A DNA stretch of 64,000 bases. Source: Podarcis filfolensis. Taxonomy: Eukaryota. The position numbers were made by a program, and so were the translations under genes. Under the pieces are notes generated by a model that was given only the letters and a program-made list of their open reading frames with translations, had not been told where the DNA came from and searched no databases. The DNA lies in NCBI GenBank assembly GCA_964270895.1, contig OZ185444.1; one strand, 5' to 3'. Shown piece after piece: positions 11,989-23,860 of this stretch (position 1 is its first letter; each line of letters opens with the position of its first letter).

Positions 11989-14175
11989 TATTAAGTGGCC
12001 CCTTTCCAAAAATAGGAAGGTAACATTTATTTATTTTTAAAGTCTAGTCTCCTTTCCAATGCCTCAGTCTTGGGACACTTAACAATTTAATGAGCATTAA
12101 TACACTTTGTTTAAGGATAATTTTTAAAGAGTAGCCTGGTTTTATAAGAATGCTTATTAGTTATAAATTGCCTCAAGCCTGAAGGACAGGAAAGGAAGCT
12201 AGACATTAAAGCTTATCAGTTTTTATTTAAATACCTATTAGCTTTAAATTGTAAACTGCCCAAAGCTTGAGGGACAAGTGAGGAGGCTGGACATTAATAA
12301 ACCTTAAATAGTCCCCCCAAATAGCTCATATTAAACAATACTAGTGGGTACTACATCATGTTGCTTTGCCTATTCATGAGGTATTACACCTCTCATTGGA
12401 ACAGGTTAGGGTAAGACCACATGAATGGAATGGCCTTGCCCAGAAACAAGGTAATCAAAGTATTTCAGTGATGCTTTTCAAAATACAAGCCAAGCAGCAA
12501 CTTCACAGAGCCCAGTATTATGGAAAACAAATTCTGCATTAGCACTAGAACTGTCACGGCAACAGCTACGCTTCCCCAGCAAGCAACTGATGCAACTAAG
12601 CCAGGCCTGCACAACTTAGGATCCACCATGCCAAATGGAACCCACCATTCATGTATCCTTTAATGCGAGATGATGTACTTAGGGTTGCTGCACCCCAGCC
12701 GCCCAAATTTGGAAAGCCTAACTTGCACATTATGCAAACTGCTAGCTAATTATGCAAATCTAGCACATTCATTTAGCATTTTCCTCTAATAGTTGTGCAT
12801 TTGCTCCTGGCACATACCGCAAAAACTGGGGAAGTTGGCTCATGCCATGAAAGAGTGGTCTTTCTCATTTGTTCTGCCTCCATTTCCTTTCTGAGTCTGA
12901 GAGCCCAACAAATTCTGCTGGGGACAGACATGGCAGGCTTGTGCGTCCTACTGTCCCCTGCTTCTGCTGCTTCAACAGTACATGCACCTGCTCCTCAGTC
13001 ATGCAAAAGGAGAAAATGTGACCATTTTAGCTTATTCACTGCCCTCTTAAACCATGACCCTTCTGCAGTTATGCACCAAAAACAAAGTCATCTCTCTTTA
13101 GGAACCATCCAGACTTCCTTTTGTGCCACATTTCTAAGCACAGGTCCACTTTTTAAAGCTCTATGTCGGAGCGTGTGTTTTTTTTTGGGGGGGGGAGCAC
13201 TTTCCCTGTAAAAACCTACTCTTTACTGCTAAATCGGAACAAACAGCAATCCACAGATAACCTGAATTGCCTTTTGTTCTGATTCAGCGTTAAATGGCAA
13301 GTTTTCCTGGGAAAAGCAATGGGTCGGGGGAGGGAGTGCTCAGATATGAAGCTTTAAAGAGAAAACCTGTACCTAGAAAGTGTGGGGCAAAAACTAAGTG
13401 TGGATGAGCCCTGTGTTTGTAAAGCATAGCCTTGGTCAGGAGGAAATCTGATGGCTTCATAATTAGCAGAGTAAAATGTTGGTAATAATTGCATACACCT
13501 GTAGTACGGAGTAACAGATTTCAGCCAGCCTTCAAAATAATTACAAACCAGATACTTTGACTTGGATTTTAAAATGAACTTTGTACCTCTTTTCTAGTTG
13601 TCCATCCATATCCCAATCATTCCACCAATTGTGCCACATGCAACGCAACCCACAAGCTCCACCAGAGAAACATATATCATACAAGCAAGAGACGTGTGAA
13701 TCTTAACCCTATCACAAAGGTTTTAAAGCATCCTTGGCCATATTCTTTAGACTGGACCACAATATAAAACACTGCACGGGTCAATGGGGACGGGGACCAG
13801 ACTATATTACTTATTTCCACACACTTGAAACATTGAAAGTGTAGCACATAAATCTGGAAGGGGCATGGAGAAGCCTAACACATTGGACTGATTCCTTGTA
13901 GGAAATTTTGGCCCACAAGGACGCCACTACCTATTGAACAGTCCCACCTTTCTGAACCAAAATCCCTATCTTCCCCAACTTGGTGCCCTCCATGTGTTCT
14001 GGACTACAACACGCATCAGCCTCAATCAGTACAGTCAATGGTCAGAGATGTAGAAAGGGATACTGAGTAGTTTTAATTATGGGAATATATTGCTACTCCA
14101 GGAGAATTTTATTTCAAATCACATTGTTTTCCACCATGATTCAGCTCTGCTTCCCCACTGGTCAATTGATGTCTA

Positions 14176-14194
14176 TCACAACAGTAACAACAGT

Positions 14195-14229
<35 letters not shown>

Positions 14230-14350
14230 CTTATTATTTATGCCCCACCCATCTGGCTGGGTTTCCCCAGCCACTCTGGGCAGCTCCCAACAGAATATTA
14301 TTAATAAACAACAACAACAAACATCAAACATGTAAAACTTCCCTAAACAG
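14176..14350 (-). mobile_element. L2-type LINE 3' end with a tail seen as (AAC)12 on the + strand
   Basis: Reverse complement of the same 3' end (CCCACCCATCTGGCTGGGTTTCCCCAGCCACTCTGGG). Confidence 0.75.
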
Positions 14351-15922
14351 TAGTTTCCCCTTGCTGGCTGCAAGGCAGGAGAGAACATTATTCTTATTAA
14401 ACAATTGGACAGAATGCTATCTGCACATTTCCTCCTCTTTGGAATGACAAGGATATGTTATATTTAAAAAATGAAAGAGAGGGCTCTAAGACAAGCTGAT
14501 GTCCTAAACTAGCACCAGGTAGCACACATAGAATCTAGAAAAAACAAAGCCAATATGCAGGCTACACTGCTATTCTAAATGCAGTGTCATGTGACAACAT
14601 GACGTTCTACTGCTTCAATTGAATATTTTACAACTTCTAATGGAAGTAGGAAATAAGTAACCATAAAACAAGGAATCACTGAAATCAAACATTTTAAGAT
14701 TAAAAGACAGATTATCATTTTTGGCAGCATTTGTCAGGGCAGACCTCTAACTGCAGCATAGACAAATTTTTTCATAAGCCACTCGACAAGAGTGGGTTAT
14801 TATTTTTTAGCTAGGCATTATGTTTTAACATTTTTGTTATGTGACCACAATGGTTTGGTCTGGGCATCCTAAAAAAACACTCTCCTCTAGATTACTGCCC
14901 ACCACAGTGATAACCCTAAGATGAAAAACAGACCCCACTTTTAATGTGTGCATATCTAATACAATATTGTTATGTTCATCATATCTATCAAGACTGCATT
15001 TTCTCTCTTTCACCTTCTCTTTCTCCATCTTTCTCTACCTCTCTCTTTCTTATCTCCAAAAGATGTGCTTAATACACCTGGCATGTCCCATCTTTGCTCA
15101 GGCAGGGTCTCCAACTGGACCATGATCCAATAATCGAATACCAATGCTTAGACACAGTTAATGCTGTTGGGCAGTTGCCAATGGCCTGAGCCCTCAGGAC
15201 GACTGTTTACCTAGCCACTGACTAAAAATGCTGTCTATAGCCACTTGAACTCAACACTCCTCTAAGTGGCTTCATTTTAATTTCCCCACAATGTCTCTGA
15301 AGCCCTGACATAACATTGCTCCAGAGTTGAGGTGGATAAAGCCTGGTTCTTTGTCAGTGTCCGTTTTGCCATTCTATTCCATCATGTTTCCACCTCAATC
15401 TGTAATTCTTTAAAACTTCTTTAAAATGTGTATTGTTTTTAATGTCTATTTTCCCCCAAGATACATTTTTGTGTGTATTTTACCCTAAAATATTCCTTTT
15501 TACATCAAAAGATTTATTTTTAATACATTTATTGGTATGTTTTTGAACCAAGAATTCTATTGCAAACTTCAGAGAAGTTTGAAAATGTCTGTATATGCAT
15601 CGGAGGAGGAAAGGGAAAGAGAAAGATAGAGAATATGACTGGGAGATAATCGCCTTAAAGCATCCTCTATCATTTGCCAACTCTTCAGCAGAATTCTTAA
15701 AAGGCTACAGCAACTGAGAAAGACTTTAGTGTCACTGATGTGTGTGAATAAGCTCTCAAGCACTCTGTGATATTGGCAGATGCTCCAGTCCTTATGAGCT
15801 ACATTTCTCTAGTCTAACAGACATACACTCGGCACCCTTGTCAAATTCCGTTTACTGCTGTAATTCTGGAGGCTAATATAATGCCACTTTGGACACAGAG
15901 CTCCTGGTTATCTGGTTATCTT

Positions 15923-16471
15923 TTGTTGTTTCTGTTGGCATCCGTCAGTCTCAAGAGACAATGGAGTATGTCACTGGAAGTGAAGTCAAATTGCTGTGTT
16001 AGCAGCAGCTAAGTGACCTCCTTGAGGTGCAAGCCTGGGCAATGTGTATGATGGCCCTGGACCCACCTCTCGGCCTCGCTGATGTGGTCCAAAGGCAATC
16101 AGAGCAATACGTTTGGCACCAGCTAGGCTGCAGGAGATGCCAGAAGTTGTACAAGGTGCCATCCAACTGTCTTAGGGACTCCACTCTGGATTTGTGTAGG
16201 GTTTACTCCTCAGCTTTTTCTTCTCCTAAAAATATCCCACAAGACAGAAGCCACCTTTTTGACAGTTGGACCCACTATTGGTCTTGTCCACTCAAACTGC
16301 TGGAAGCTGTCTTTGCATGCAGGGGGAGTCCCTAACTCACCAAGGGTTTGAGACCCATCAGCTACCCTCACCTGGTTTAGCCAGCCAGTCAAAGCGATTT
16401 CCCGAGGTGTGGCTGCTGTTGCACACTGACAGCTTCTAGGAGCTACAGGTGAAAGATGAGTGCAAGAGTGG
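15923..16471 (-). mobile_element. Non-autonomous RTE-type retroelement copy 1
   Basis: Long similarity to 29324-29969. The - strand 3' end is GAGACTGACGGATGCCAAC plus an AAC-rich tail. There is no ORF. The clade assignment is from recollection. Confidence 0.7.
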
Positions 16472-17976
16472 CTATGTTTCATGCCTGTTTTATCTATGAG
16501 GCATTATTCATTTTGTGTTACACACCCACGTGTGTGTGTGTGTGTATCAAACTGGCTTGCGCTTCCAGCTTGTGTGTAAATCCCTGAAGGTTTATAGGCT
16601 CACTCTCCTATCAGACAATAGGAGAGATTTACCCAATGGAGATATTGCAAGGGCACAAAAGGTTAAAAACTGTAAAATATTTTAAATATGTTTATTTTTA
16701 ATAATTGAAAGTGGAACACTAACACAGAGAACAAAGTTTACTTGCAAAACCAGAAGCAGTAGAGGTCAGTAATGTAACTGAGAATGATCAATGACTCTAG
16801 GAATTCATGAAGGACACAAATGTGAACAGTTATTAGCTAGGGTACCCACAGCAGCCAACCTAACATTTTGAATATCTCTAATATCTAAAATTGTTGAGAC
16901 TGAGTGGAAGGGAGTGGAGTTGACTTTTTAATACACCTGGCAGCCAAAATTCAAATATGCTGTGCTATGACAAACCACAGGTCAAAGTGATCTGACCATT
17001 TTTATATTCAGGAAAGAGGAATCCAGAGAGAGAGTCCAGAGACTAGATATGATGAAGCACAGAAACTAGAATAAGTGAAGATTATGATATCAGTGTTGAC
17101 AAATATAGACATTACTTTGTACTGATAGAAATATGTGGAGGAAAGTTTGTGCATGTGTTATAAACACATATGTTTGCAAACAGGCATGGATTATATAGAG
17201 AGCCTGCTGACATGCACACATTGAAAGCACATTTTGTAAAGGATAATACGATTAAGATAATGAAAAACCTATCTCAATTGCTAACATGAATCTTCATGAG
17301 GGTTTAAAATGCATATTAGGACAGCAGATCTATTTGTTTAAACCCAGGGCTCGACCCCACGCCACTACTGGGCTCCACACACACCTATGCCCACACAGAT
17401 ACAGTAAATCTAAGCCGAGTTGCCTGGTTCATTTACTCAGAAATAAATCCCATTTCTTTTAAGGGAGGGTACTTCTACATAAGATGTTTATGATTTCAGT
17501 CTTGCGCTGTACCTAACTTTTTCCAGATTGATACCCTGTGTCTGTTCAGGGACATGTGACTACACACTTAAATGTCACTGCACAGTAATACTTAACTACA
17601 TGCTCAACCGTTTGAGATAGCAAAACAGGTTAGGGCTTTAAAGCCACAATCCTATGTTTTGGAGTGTGTAGTTCATGCTGCCAGGGGCGTCTATTTGTAT
17701 GTTTATTTGTGGGTTGTTGTTGGTTTTTTTAAAAGACTGCTGTTATTTTCTGTGATGTTTATAATTATTTTGTTCTCCCTTTTTGCTTATATTTATACAT
17801 CACCTTGAGACATATATGTGGAAGGTGATTAATAAATAACAGCGGCAGCAGCAGCAGCGTTAGCCTTGATTTATCAGAACCTAATATCTAATCTAGACAT
17901 TCAAATCCCAATGAGGGTCAGATGTACTTTACCACATGCTCTGCGTGGTTTAATCTGAAAACCCACACCAGCAAAC

Positions 17977-18316
17977 ACAGGAACATGGGAAGCTGCCTTA
18001 TAGTGATTCAGACCATTGGTCCATCTAACTCAATACTATATACCAGGCACGTCCAACAGGTAGATTGTGATCTACCGGTAGATCACCAGACATCTGTGGT
18101 AGATCACTGGCTCCCCACAAAGAAGCTCAACAACTTTGACCTGAACCCCCAAAAATGGGGTTGATCACTGTCAGTTTTTAACTCTGAGTAGATTGCAATC
18201 TCTTGGGAGTTGACCACCCCTGCTACATACACTAAGACTTGGAAACACCAAGGATTGAACATGGGACCTTCTGCTTGCAAAGGAGATGCTCTACCACTGA
18301 ACCACAGTCCTTCCCC
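17977..18316 (-). mobile_element. tRNA-derived SINE interrupted by a hAT MITE
   Basis: Tail at 17977-18043 and head at 18231-18316 (GGATTGAAC...GATGCTCTACCACTGAACC) flank the MITE. Confidence 0.8.
18044..18222. mobile_element. hAT-type MITE (179 bp)
   Basis: TIRs CAGGCACGTCCAAC / GTTGACCACCCCTG. The 8-bp TSD is CTATATAC / CTACATAC (7/8). Confidence 0.8.
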
Positions 18317-20559
18317 AAAGGGAGAGGAGAATTATGAAGAGTAGCAGTCCTTTTCAAACCCAAGACCCACCTTTAACTGAAACTTACAACATGGGACCCA
18401 GTTCTCTAATCACACATATTCATCTTCCTGTGCTTGCTTCTCATTTGCCAGGTATCAGGAAAGTATAGAAAAGGAAACCTTGGTAAATGCAATATGCATT
18501 GTAAATGCGACCAAGGTGTACCTGCTACAATCCTCTTTTATGCATTGTCCCCCACTTTTCCTTACAAAAATCCCATACAGAAAAAAGAAAATGGTGGTTA
18601 TGATTCTGCTGTGACCCACCCGAGATCAAGTTGCTCATGACACACTTGTGGGTCCCTCCTGACCCACAAACCGAAGAGCAGTGGTACAGAGGATGCTTTA
18701 GGGTGAGGACTAGAATTGCTATCTCTCATTTTTTCCTCTGATAATGGATCTGTTCCTTTTAACTCATGGGGAGTGAACATGGTGCCCTCCCATTAGCCCT
18801 GACCATTGGCCATGCTGGCTGTGGCTAATGAGACTTTAAATGCAACATCATCTGGAGGGCATCATGTCAGCTACCCCAACTTGCCTTCAGTTTGTGAGAT
18901 GAGCAGGAATTCAACAGACACAGTTTCCCTCACTGATCTAGAAAAAGGGTGTGCTTGTTGAATTTCTCTCTCTCCTACTATTGTTAAGAGCACAAAGACT
19001 CTAGGTTTCTGGAAAGAAACAATTAAATAATTAAAGGTATTTTTCTTCCAATAGATACATTTTGATGAGGCGTCTGAATGATGTTGGTAAAACAAGAATA
19101 TTAAATAGATCTTAAACTCCCAAACCACAGCACAATTACTTCTCAGACGAATAAAAAATAATAATATTGGTTATATTTTGCCTGATTTTACCCTTCTGAG
19201 AGCTACAATTCCAAGCACCTTAGCAACTACAGTTCCCAGGATTTTTTGGTGAAAATCATGTACTTTAAAAGTGCTTTAAATATATGGTGAGGATGTGATC
19301 TATTAACTCTACATGCAGACCTTTTCAAAGTAGTATAATAATAGTAATCATGAGTGATAGATGAAATTGATGATGGATGTAAGAGTCTATTAATTAAAAT
19401 AAGGGAATATTATCATTCCCAAATGACTGCTAATTATGTATAATGCGTTCCAGAAAATGTTTCTGTTGTAGTTAATCTTGATGTTGAAATAGATCTTAAC
19501 ATTTTATTTTTTTTAAAAAGGTAGCCTCTTTCAGGAAAAAGTTTCTTAAAAGGGGATGGTACTCAAATTGGTCAAATCCTCTAACCTAGAAGCACACACA
19601 GGGATGCCCACACATATGGAAAGAGGGAGGGAGGGAAGAGAAAGAATGTGATGACTTTTGTGATGATTCAAAGGTATAGGAAATGCACTTTGCACATGCT
19701 CAGAAGCAACTCCTTTGCTGTTATTTCTTCATAGATTTCCATCTAGGTCATGGCATTTAACACAGATTTCAGGGTTCAGTGGCTGGGGGGGCAGCTAAAG
19801 CTCTCCACATGGCTTAATTTGAGCCAAGATTCATCAGACTTTAGCTCTGGAACCCGTATTTAATGCTAGTACACAGCCTTGGGGCATATGAAGTAAGAAC
19901 AGTGCCTCAGTAAACATGCAAAATGCCTTTTCTTTAATTCCTGCACATCACCTGTTTGTTTTTTTGTTTTTGCACTTGACTGGTAAATATTAGCTGTGTG
20001 AACTGACATTCCAAAGAAAAACATTGTGTTCAAGGTGTTGTGTGGGTAATAGGAAGGATGCAACCGAGATGTGTGATCTGTGACAGCCCATTCACACAGA
20101 CAAGCCATCACGATGCCACGAGAAATGTGGATATGTGCAAACCAGCCCTAAGTAAGAACAACAGGCAATTTACATAGGAGTCAGGGAAAGAGCTTTGAGG
20201 TTAGACTGGCATGGCTCCCAGTCAAGCTCAAGTGCTTCTTTTTTCTTTCTTTTTTTAAGAAATATGTTTTCTGCCTTCATGTCCTCAGCACAATCAGGTA
20301 GCAGCATTGTTAAGTTGTCCTTTTGAAAGGTGTACGTCTCTTTGGTTGTACTTGAGCCCAGCCGTACAGGTGGATTGTTGATAACATCAGAGCAGCAGCT
20401 GTAGAGCAAAACCAGGCTGAGCGATGGGGGTGGGAATGAGAGAGCCAAAGAGAGTGGCAGGCAGTTCCTAATACCTCAGGGAGGGAAGGACAGGATCATT
20501 CCACAACAGGATTTGAAACTGATCAACTCTCCAGCCCAGCCATCCAGCGCAGCCTGCTA

Positions 20560-20735
20560 AGTCTCTGTGGCTGTCAGCTTAACTCTGCTGCTGGTTCCTG
20601 TGGGGTAGGGGAGTTAAATAGGACACAGACTCGGAGAGGAGCAAACCTCTTTGCTGGGAGTCAAGGAGGCAGAGAAAGAGAGGAAAGAAGGTGGAATTTG
20701 GCCAGAGCCCAGGCTGATAAGCAGAGCATCTCCAG
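20560..20735 (+). other. LRTM2: Candidate alternative or proximal non-coding 5' exon of LRTM2 (start approximate)
   Basis: Perfect CAG|GTAAGT donor at 20736, in a repeat-free, GC-richer, promoter-like block 3 kb upstream of coding exon 1. Confidence 0.4.
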
Positions 20736-22240
20736 GTAAGTGCTCCTGCTGTGTCTTGGCAAAAAGGGGGAGAGGGAAGGAATATGTCCAGAGGATGCTC
20801 CAGCGGCTGGTTAAGAGCACTGGGGTGGGAGCCCTGAGCTCTGGCAGGCGCAAAGGGGTTTGAGGCGTTCCCTTTTGCAAGGAAGTGCAAGGAGCGATTC
20901 CAACTCTCTCTCTCTTTTTTGGAATGTGGTTTGTGTGTGTGTTTTGTGGGGTGGGGGGGCAGGCAGATATTTTGTAAACGCTCTTAATATCTTTCACCTC
21001 GGCATCCTCGTGTCAGATTATCTCTCTCAACAGCTTTCACGAATCACACCAAATCCTCTCGCCCTCTGTGCTGTGTGATTTTAAGAGCCTTTGGGAGGAT
21101 TTGACTGCCCATCAAAATAAATGAATGAGGGGAGGGAGGAGGAAAGGAAAATGATGGACACGGACTGAGCTTCGGGCATATTATACAAATCTAAAAATAA
21201 AGCCAAAAGGGAGACATAACATTTTCCAAGAGCAGGCGGGGAGGAACTGGGAAAAGAGGGAGGAGGGAGGAGAAGCCGGATTTTAGTGGGCATTCTCGCC
21301 CTTTCTGAGCCAATAGTGGGTGGGCTGCAAAGCTTCCCCCTGAATAAATCTGAAAAAGCAGCAGGAGGAGTGGTAAATGACGCTTCCCAGAAACAGTGAC
21401 CCCTCCTGCCCCTGCCTTTGGTAGCTAAAGGGCAGGGGGAGAACCTGTTGTCATGGTGGCTCATTATAATCACCAGGGGATAAAACTGATTATGCTGGGG
21501 GTTTCTAATTAGGATGCTCACCTCCTCTGACATACAGACACTTCCTTTAGATTAAAATGTAATTCCTGCACCCCCCCATACCTCTGCTTTCATTTGTTTG
21601 CTCTTCAGCTGCTGCAAAATTAAATCTGTATAAACCACCAGCACTCTCCCCTCAAAATTGGAGATGGGAACTCCTGTTGCAGGCATCTCCCCCGCTTTGT
21701 CACCCAGAAGGGATGAGGGGGAAGGGAAGCTTAGCGGCACAAAAGAGCTCCAAGCAAGTCCCTAGGGGCATGACTGTATGCATTTTATGTACTTATTTTC
21801 TCCCAATGGGTTCTGAAGCCCTGATTTCAGTGCAGCACCACAGCTGACTACACAGAAATTGGTAGGCTAGGCGATACATTTGCGGTTCACCAGGTCTAGT
21901 CTTCCAACTTCTTCCTAATGCTGGGGACATGTGAAGTAGCCTTGGATCGAATAAAGTAATCCTAGCACTGGTTCACACAAGCCTGTGCATGTGCATCTCT
22001 TGATCATAGCGTCAACTTTCCCCTTTTCTTGAGAGGAATCCTATTCGGAATAAGGGAATTCCCCTTAAAAAAAGGAAAACGTTGACAGCTATACTCATAC
22101 ACCTGAAAATCAGATGACTATCTGAACTAATTAACAGCATTATATATGAAGTGGCATGAAAGGTCTGTGATGTTAAACCTTCAACAGACCAAGTCACACA
22201 TGCATGTCATCACTTGATGCTGTGGTCATCAGATGGTGAG

Positions 22241-22407
22241 CATAGGAAATGTATACCACCAGACCGCTCTCCATCTATCTCATTGTCATCTACACTTACT
22301 GGCCACAAGGTTCCAGAGAGGAGTCTTTCCCAGTCCCACCTGGAAATGCCAGGGTTTGAACCTGGAACCTTTTACATGCAAAGCATATGCTCTACCACTG
22401 AACTGCA
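22241..22407 (-). mobile_element. tRNA-derived SINE, same family
   Basis: GGAAATGCCAGGGTTTGAACCTGGAACC...TGCTCTACCACTGAACT. Confidence 0.8.
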
Positions 22408-23793
22408 CTGTGAACCAGCTTCTAGGGTGTCTCTAAGCACATGAAGAATGGCTTCCTCTCGCCAGTGAGAAGCTACACACATCTGGGATTAGAGGCAGGA
22501 TGTTCAGGTCAGAAGATTTAGCTTCTGAACAGGCTTAAAACTGGCACTGGGATTTCTCTTGTTGCAAACTAACTGAGGCAACCATGACTCTATACAATGT
22601 ATTTCTACTACATTTAGCCATGATGGTACCATTTATTAATTGGGAATGTTTATATGTCTTAGGGGTGTGTGGGCATCGGACAGCATTTGCAGTGGGGAAA
22701 GTGGGGTGATGATTAGGAGGATGTCCTCAACCTAGCTAGCAAGGAACCTCCAACAAGCAGTTCCATGTGTGATTTATTAGTTCTGCTCTGAACTTAACAC
22801 ACACAGGAAACATGTAAAGCAGGCACAGGGAGGATTCAAGAGTTTCCTAGAGGGAGCAATGTTTTTCCCCACAGAGCAGAAGAGGGATTGCATCAAATCA
22901 ATACTGCCAGACATGGAGTGGAAAGAGGCTACTTCAGGCCTTTTTGTGCAAGTTCCTCCATAATTGTTTCTTGTTTGTTGCACATAATCTGCACATCTTC
23001 CCTCAAGTTTACTCTTTTGTTGTAGCAACATTGCATTTTTTCTGCTATCAAAACTGCAATATTTCGTAAATGCAATTCATTGCACTTTATGTGTGGCGAC
23101 AAGGAATGTTGGACACACAAATAGGATATCATTTGTTATGTGATTAGTAATTAATGATGCAATTTAAACCCCTCCCATCTACCTTTTTGCATTTCTCTGC
23201 TAAAAAACTCCAGTACACCTGCACTGATATAGCCAATTTCAAAGCAATGAACAATCCTTGTTCATTATCTAATATTGCTTTCTGATTAAGGTCCATTAAA
23301 ATGTGGTTTTCTTATATCTATGGGTTGGCAGAGTTCTTTCAGCCTTTTTTCTACACTCCCCTGCCAGCCACCTCATCTCATCTTTTTGGCCTTCTCCTTC
23401 ACCAGCAGTTGAGAAGCACTTCCAAGATGGCACCATGCCTACTCTGAGCATTCAGATTTCCCAGAAAAATTGCTCCAACTTCCCTACACATACCTAGCAG
23501 AATTTTGGAGATGCTTTTCCCTCTGCCAATCCTCAGTGAGCAGATTTTATTTTATTTATTTTTTATTTTAAAAAAATTACTAAAGATGTCTCACCTTGCC
23601 TGATAGTAAAGCCAGTTAATTTCAGTGAGGTTTCTCCCAGACCTATATATGATTCTGTTAGACCCCTGATAGCCATGTGCTCTTTTGTTCTGCTTTTACC
23701 TTCTAGATTCATCAGACTGCTGTTCATTCCTGCAAGAAAGTGTGCCAGCCTGGCTGGCAGGCACAAGACACCACGGGGAAAACAGTAACCATC

Positions 23794-23860
23794 ATGCTGT
23801 CTCTGAGTGGAGGCTACTGGTGGAGCAACAGGCTTTCCCTGAGATGGAGAAAAACTAGCT
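23794..23860 (+). CDS. LRTM2: LRTM2 coding exon 1 (MLSLSGGYWWSNRLSLRWRKTS + 1 nt); whole exon probably 23707-23860
   Basis: ATG at 23794 with A at -3. There are 67 coding nt, then a T|GTAAGT donor at 23861 (phase 1). A pyrimidine-rich acceptor TTTTACCTTCTAG ends at 23706. The 22-aa peptide aligns with the remembered human LRTM2 N-terminus ([22 protein letters not shown]) and joins in frame to the next exon. Confidence 0.9.
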
